From the NCBI GenBank assembly GCA_904063045.1, contig CAJFCJ010000020.1, forward strand, positions 1,232,916-1,296,915: 64,000 bases of DNA, read 5' to 3'. The stretch is from Dimorphilus gyrociliatus. Lineage: Eukaryota > Animalia > Annelida. Under the pieces are notes generated by a model that saw only the letters and a list, made by a program, of their open reading frames with translations, was not told where the DNA came from and searched no databases. The stretch's first letter is position 1; each line of letters starts with the position of its first letter. The translations under genes and the position numbers were made by a program. This document shows, piece after piece, positions 60,264 through 64,000 of this stretch.

Positions 60264-61658
60264 TCAAAAGCAATTCTTGTATTTAACTTCTAAGTCCTTA
60301 TCCAAATTCGGCAATAATGAGCCAGTCATTGGACATTTGAAATAACCAGTTTTCCAAGTCCGTTGAACTGATCTAACTGAATCATGGAGTTTATAGAAAG
60401 TAGCCTCTGAATTTTGTTCATCGAATATTTTAATAGATTGTGTTTCATTAGTAGTCCTCAAGTACAACAAACTTCCGATATTAATATCATTTTCAGTAAA
60501 AAGGCTTGAATTATTAATATTTGAAACTGGGTCACAGTTAGGATTGGTGATATTGTATTTCAATCCGTTGAAACGAATGTCGCCATATGGTAAGGTAACT
60601 GATTTTTTTTCATGAAAAAAAGTAAAAGAAATAGTATTCATAGTTCTTTGAGCGTTGAAACAATTCGTTACTTGAACTTCGTTAATGGAACAAGTGGACA
60701 TAAACTTTACATTGTAGCATTGAGGCTTCTTATTTGCTGATCCTTCCGAAAACGCATAAGCTTCTTCTGACAAATTAAACGAATAAGTAAAGTGAGAAGG
60801 ATTATTATTATTGTTCTTGTCTGTAAGATTGTAAATATATGCCGCTTGTAGCCAATTCAGCTCCGATGTTATTGAGCATAAAGTAAATGATGGATGTGAG
60901 AAAAATATACCAGCTTTATATAGATATCTTCCGGAATCAATAGTATTCGATCTAGATATTGTTGAAGTCAGTATTGTAGGATTCTTTGGTGTATACGTGA
61001 ATATAAAGAGAGTTAAGGAAGCAGCAAATATATATAGAGAAGATAAAGAAAGAATAACCCTCTCCACATAAGCGCGAAAGCCTTTATCATGCTTCTGGAG
61101 ATAGTGAATAGCAACGGAAACAGCATGAAGGAAGGACCCCAATAATGCTATTACAGCTTTTATTGTTTGAAAAATGCTGAAGGGCTCATCTCGGCACATG
61201 GACAGTATAAGAGCCAGTGTTATTGCAGGGACTTCATAGATGAGGGACGTAATACCCTGAGCTAAGTCCTCACTTATAACTCCTTTTTTGGTTTCTTCTT
61301 CTCCATTGTAAAAGAAAACGAGACGAACGAGATTAATAAAATCCAAAATTGATAGGAGGGTTCCAACTGATATAATACCTACAAATGCTATTCGTAAGGC
61401 TTGTGACGGGGGACCAAAAACAAGACCCTGTCGAGCTCTTAGTACATCTCTCACTAAAAGCCAATCCGTTACTAATGAAAAAACCATATAACCTGTTGCT
61501 ATAAAGAAGAGAATTTTAGAAACAATGGGATTGTTGATTATTTGCTCAAGTTTAGAAGGTTCAGTCTCTTCTTTATTTTCCTTCTCTTCCTTTTCCAAAG
61601 CTTCTCTTTCATAATCATCAATTTCTTCTGTCAATCGTGACCACTGATTGACACGCAT
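60264..61658 (-). CDS. Uncharacterised multipass membrane protein (about 5 TM) with a Cys-containing C-terminal extramembrane domain
   Basis: 464-codon ORF with several hydrophobic helices and a charged N-terminus; may extend 5' by an upstream exon. Confidence 0.7.
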   Translation of the reverse strand: MRVNQWSRLTEEIDDYEREALEKEEKENKEETEPSKLEQIINNPIVSKILFFIATGYMVFSLVTDWLLVRDVLRARQGLVFGPPSQALRIAFVGIISVGTLLSILDFINLVRLVFFYNGEEETKKGVISEDLAQGITSLIYEVPAITLALILSMCRDEPFSIFQTIKAVIALLGSFLHAVSVAIHYLQKHDKGFRAYVERVILSLSSLYIFAASLTLFIFTYTPKNPTILTSTISRSNTIDSGRYLYKAGIFFSHPSFTLCSITSELNWLQAAYIYNLTDKNNNNNPSHFTYSFNLSEEAYAFSEGSANKKPQCYNVKFMSTCSINEVQVTNCFNAQRTMNTISFTFFHEKKSVTLPYGDIRFNGLKYNITNPNCDPVSNINNSSLFTENDINIGSLLYLRTTNETQSIKIFDEQNSEATFYKLHDSVRSVQRTWKTGYFKCPMTGSLLPNLDKDLEVKYKNCF

Positions 61659-62124
61659 TGTATTAGATGGGCGTACCTTAGAAACCTGAATTACGAAAGA
61701 AAAAGCTTATCAAGTGCCACGTACCTATGGCAACTATTGATAAGAAGTAAATTGTAGTCTGGTTTTTGTCTTTTTTATTTTGTAATAATAAAAAATTGAT
61801 AACTTCTATATAATTGAAAATATAGATATGGCGAAATAGCTTGTTTATCAGTTGATAACCACTCTTAAACTTTTCATTATTAAAAACCTACATATAGAGT
61901 ATACCGTTACTCATATTCATTCTGAGTTTATTAATGTACACGATGTTAGGTGCATTTTGGGAACGGCACTTGCTTACTCAGACTTGTTTTCTCCCTTGTT
62001 CTTGCTTTAGTGAATTAATTTTACTAATTTTCCGCTTGAATGAAGGATATAAAAAAGACAGTAAATGACGCTGTTTTTTTCATTCTACGTGCACTTTGAT
62101 GTAGAGATGTTTGTTGTATGACTG

Positions 62125-62170
62125 TGAGTGACAGTGAGATGATGAGAGTGATAGAGAGTGAGAGAGAGAT
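62125..62170. repeat. GA/GT-rich low-complexity tract
   Basis: gtgagtgacagtgagatgatgagagtgatagagagtgagagagaga. Confidence 0.6.
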
Positions 62171-63086
62171 ATGCTAAAATTATTTTTCTGCCTTAATATC
62201 AATATTTGTTGAAACAACACGCTCGATTTTATTAATAAACAAAAGAAAGGACTATTATATTCATATTCATTAACACTTTGGTTTTTATTTAGACTTCAAT
62301 ATATGGGAATGGTTTTTAAGCATATTCAATAGAGTTTGCAATATAACTTATTAGTAATAGGATAGTCTCTTTTAAATAAAAGAAAACTGCATTTTAGTAC
62401 TAGTTTTATTTGACTCTTTGGTCTTTTAGGTTCTAAGGGAACTGATCAGAATATTTTCCTCATCAAAATAAAATAGAAAGAAGTTTACCTAGTCTATTAA
62501 TAACTCCATTGGCAATGGGCCAAATGATGTATTACTTTTATAAGACTTTTAATAAAGCAAGTCAAATCAGATTCGTCTTGTTGAAGAAGCAGAAATAAAT
62601 TATTTAATTAATATTATTGAACAAAAGAAGAAGAAACTCAAGCAGCAAATAGAGAGTTATTTTGGAAAAAGTCACGAAATGCTTGCTTTATGACATTATT
62701 AATTAAGGTAAGACAGGAAGTGTACATGTTCCTTGTGGGGAAGCGAAATTTCAAACAAAAGGCTTTTTCTTAACAGCACGATATTTTTGGTAATGAAAGG
62801 CAAAGTGTAGATGCCATTATTACTATTACAACCATTACGCCTACTACCGTCTAACGACTTTTCTTATAATAAAGTCTCTAGTCTAAACTAGTGTCATCTA
62901 TAGTCAGCCACATGAGATTTTCTTTTTCTTTGCCAGAAGAGTTTCTTTACAATTTTTATTGTTACCAGTTTTTTGATCAATATAATAGGCCTATATTAGG
63001 AAGTTTTTAATACCGATTAGGCTTTAATCATATAGTATAAATATATTCAATTGAATAGGAATATTTACAAAATTGCACATTTGAAT

Positions 63087-64000
63087 ATGCTTTACCATCA
63101 AATTTTCTTCCTTGTTTCAACTTTCGTTTATGGAATAGAAAGTAAAGTAGAACTGTTTAACAAAACTGGTGTTAGATTTCCTGGTAGAGTGTTTGGAAGA
63201 TGCGAAAAGACTAGAAATGATCAAAATATATCCGTTACCTATAACAACTGTCATCATCCAGATTGCTCTTGTCCCTCCACTTCTATACCTTATTTTTTGT
63301 TAAAAGAACAGACGCCACAATTTGTCATAATAATTCTAGAAGGACCGATTACCACTAAAGTTTCCTGTGACATTAATAGAATATTGGGACATAAAAGGAG
63401 AAACCCTAACGGGTGTCCTGTTGCTATTACTCTTGTACCTCATCACATTGGAACTGACTATTGTGTTTTAAGGAAGCTTACTAATCGTGGATACGATGTT
63501 CTGCTTCACCCGGAAACTAGAGAATCAGAAATAGCAGACGAAGAAGAAACCGATGTAGCCAAGTATTGGAAAGCTGCAGATTTCGATAAGTGGAGAATAA
63601 AACTTCAAGATGAGAAGGAACGACTGGAGAAATTAGCTCAAATCAAAATAAAAGGTAATTTCAATATAGACTAGGATTCATTCTATTAGTGTAGCTGTGT
63701 TATTTCGTCAATAGGTTATCGAATGTCTAGAGTAGTCACAGCGACAGAAGCTCAAATGAGAGCAGCTAAAGAAGTAGGATTTGAGTTTGATTCGACTAAT
63801 CGAGAAATTCAAATAGATAGACAACCACTGGGATCATACGTGTCAAAAGGGGATAAAGATAAAATACCCTTTTTCTATTGGCCTTACACCCTAGATAATC
63901 AAGATGCTTTACCATGTAAATATAATGAAGATAATGTTAAATTTTGTCCAAAGACAGCAAATTTTAAAGGGATGTGGGAATTGCCTAAATATATCTTGGG
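63087..64000 (+). CDS. Secreted chitin-deacetylase-like (CE4/NodB fold) protein with degenerate catalytic motifs; runs off the window
   Basis: Signal peptide; CHHPDCSCP, TPQFV, RRNPNGCPV, TDY, WPYTLD and GMWELP match animal CDA patterns; intron 63655-63714. Confidence 0.75.

Noticed and set aside
62571-62693. Exon-like fragment IRLVEEAEINYLINIIEQKKKKLKQQ...
   Set aside because: No compatible upstream exon or start codon could be built.

Overview
Gene-dense, AT-rich eukaryotic (animal) DNA with mostly ~50-70 nt GT-AG introns and short intergenic spacers. The style fits a compact invertebrate genome, possibly a miniaturised lophotrochozoan such as Dimorphilus, but the species cannot be verified from the sequence alone. 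About 20 protein-coding genes are present: RYK, a USP deubiquitinase with an internal RING-like finger, TCTP, an orphan secreted/GPI-type protein, NOL10, SCAP, DHX34, NDUFV2, a small secreted peptide precursor, JARID2, DJ-1, SLC35C1, the IP3 receptor (ITPR), ODF2, a peripherin-like tetraspanin, an ELAV-like RRM protein, POLR1C, an MMP, an orphan multipass membrane protein and a degenerate chitin-deacetylase-like gene. No transposons, CRISPR arrays, tRNA or rRNA were recognised. The main result is the ITPR locus (34799-49620). It carries three clear tandem-duplicated, frame-locked mutually exclusive exon pairs: one in the IP3-binding beta-trefoil, one in the first armadillo/bridging region, and one covering pore-lining TM6. 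It also has two further 'composite' alternative pairs, cassette microexons at the position of the mammalian SII splice site, and long intronic inverted repeats (16 bp and a perfect 14 bp) that would loop out specific exons. This looks like an RNA-structure-controlled combinatorial channel-diversification system. A textbook H/ACA snoRNA fold also sits in the last TCTP intron. All exon calls, alignments and stems were made by eye; comparisons to vertebrate sequences are from memory and need confirmation.
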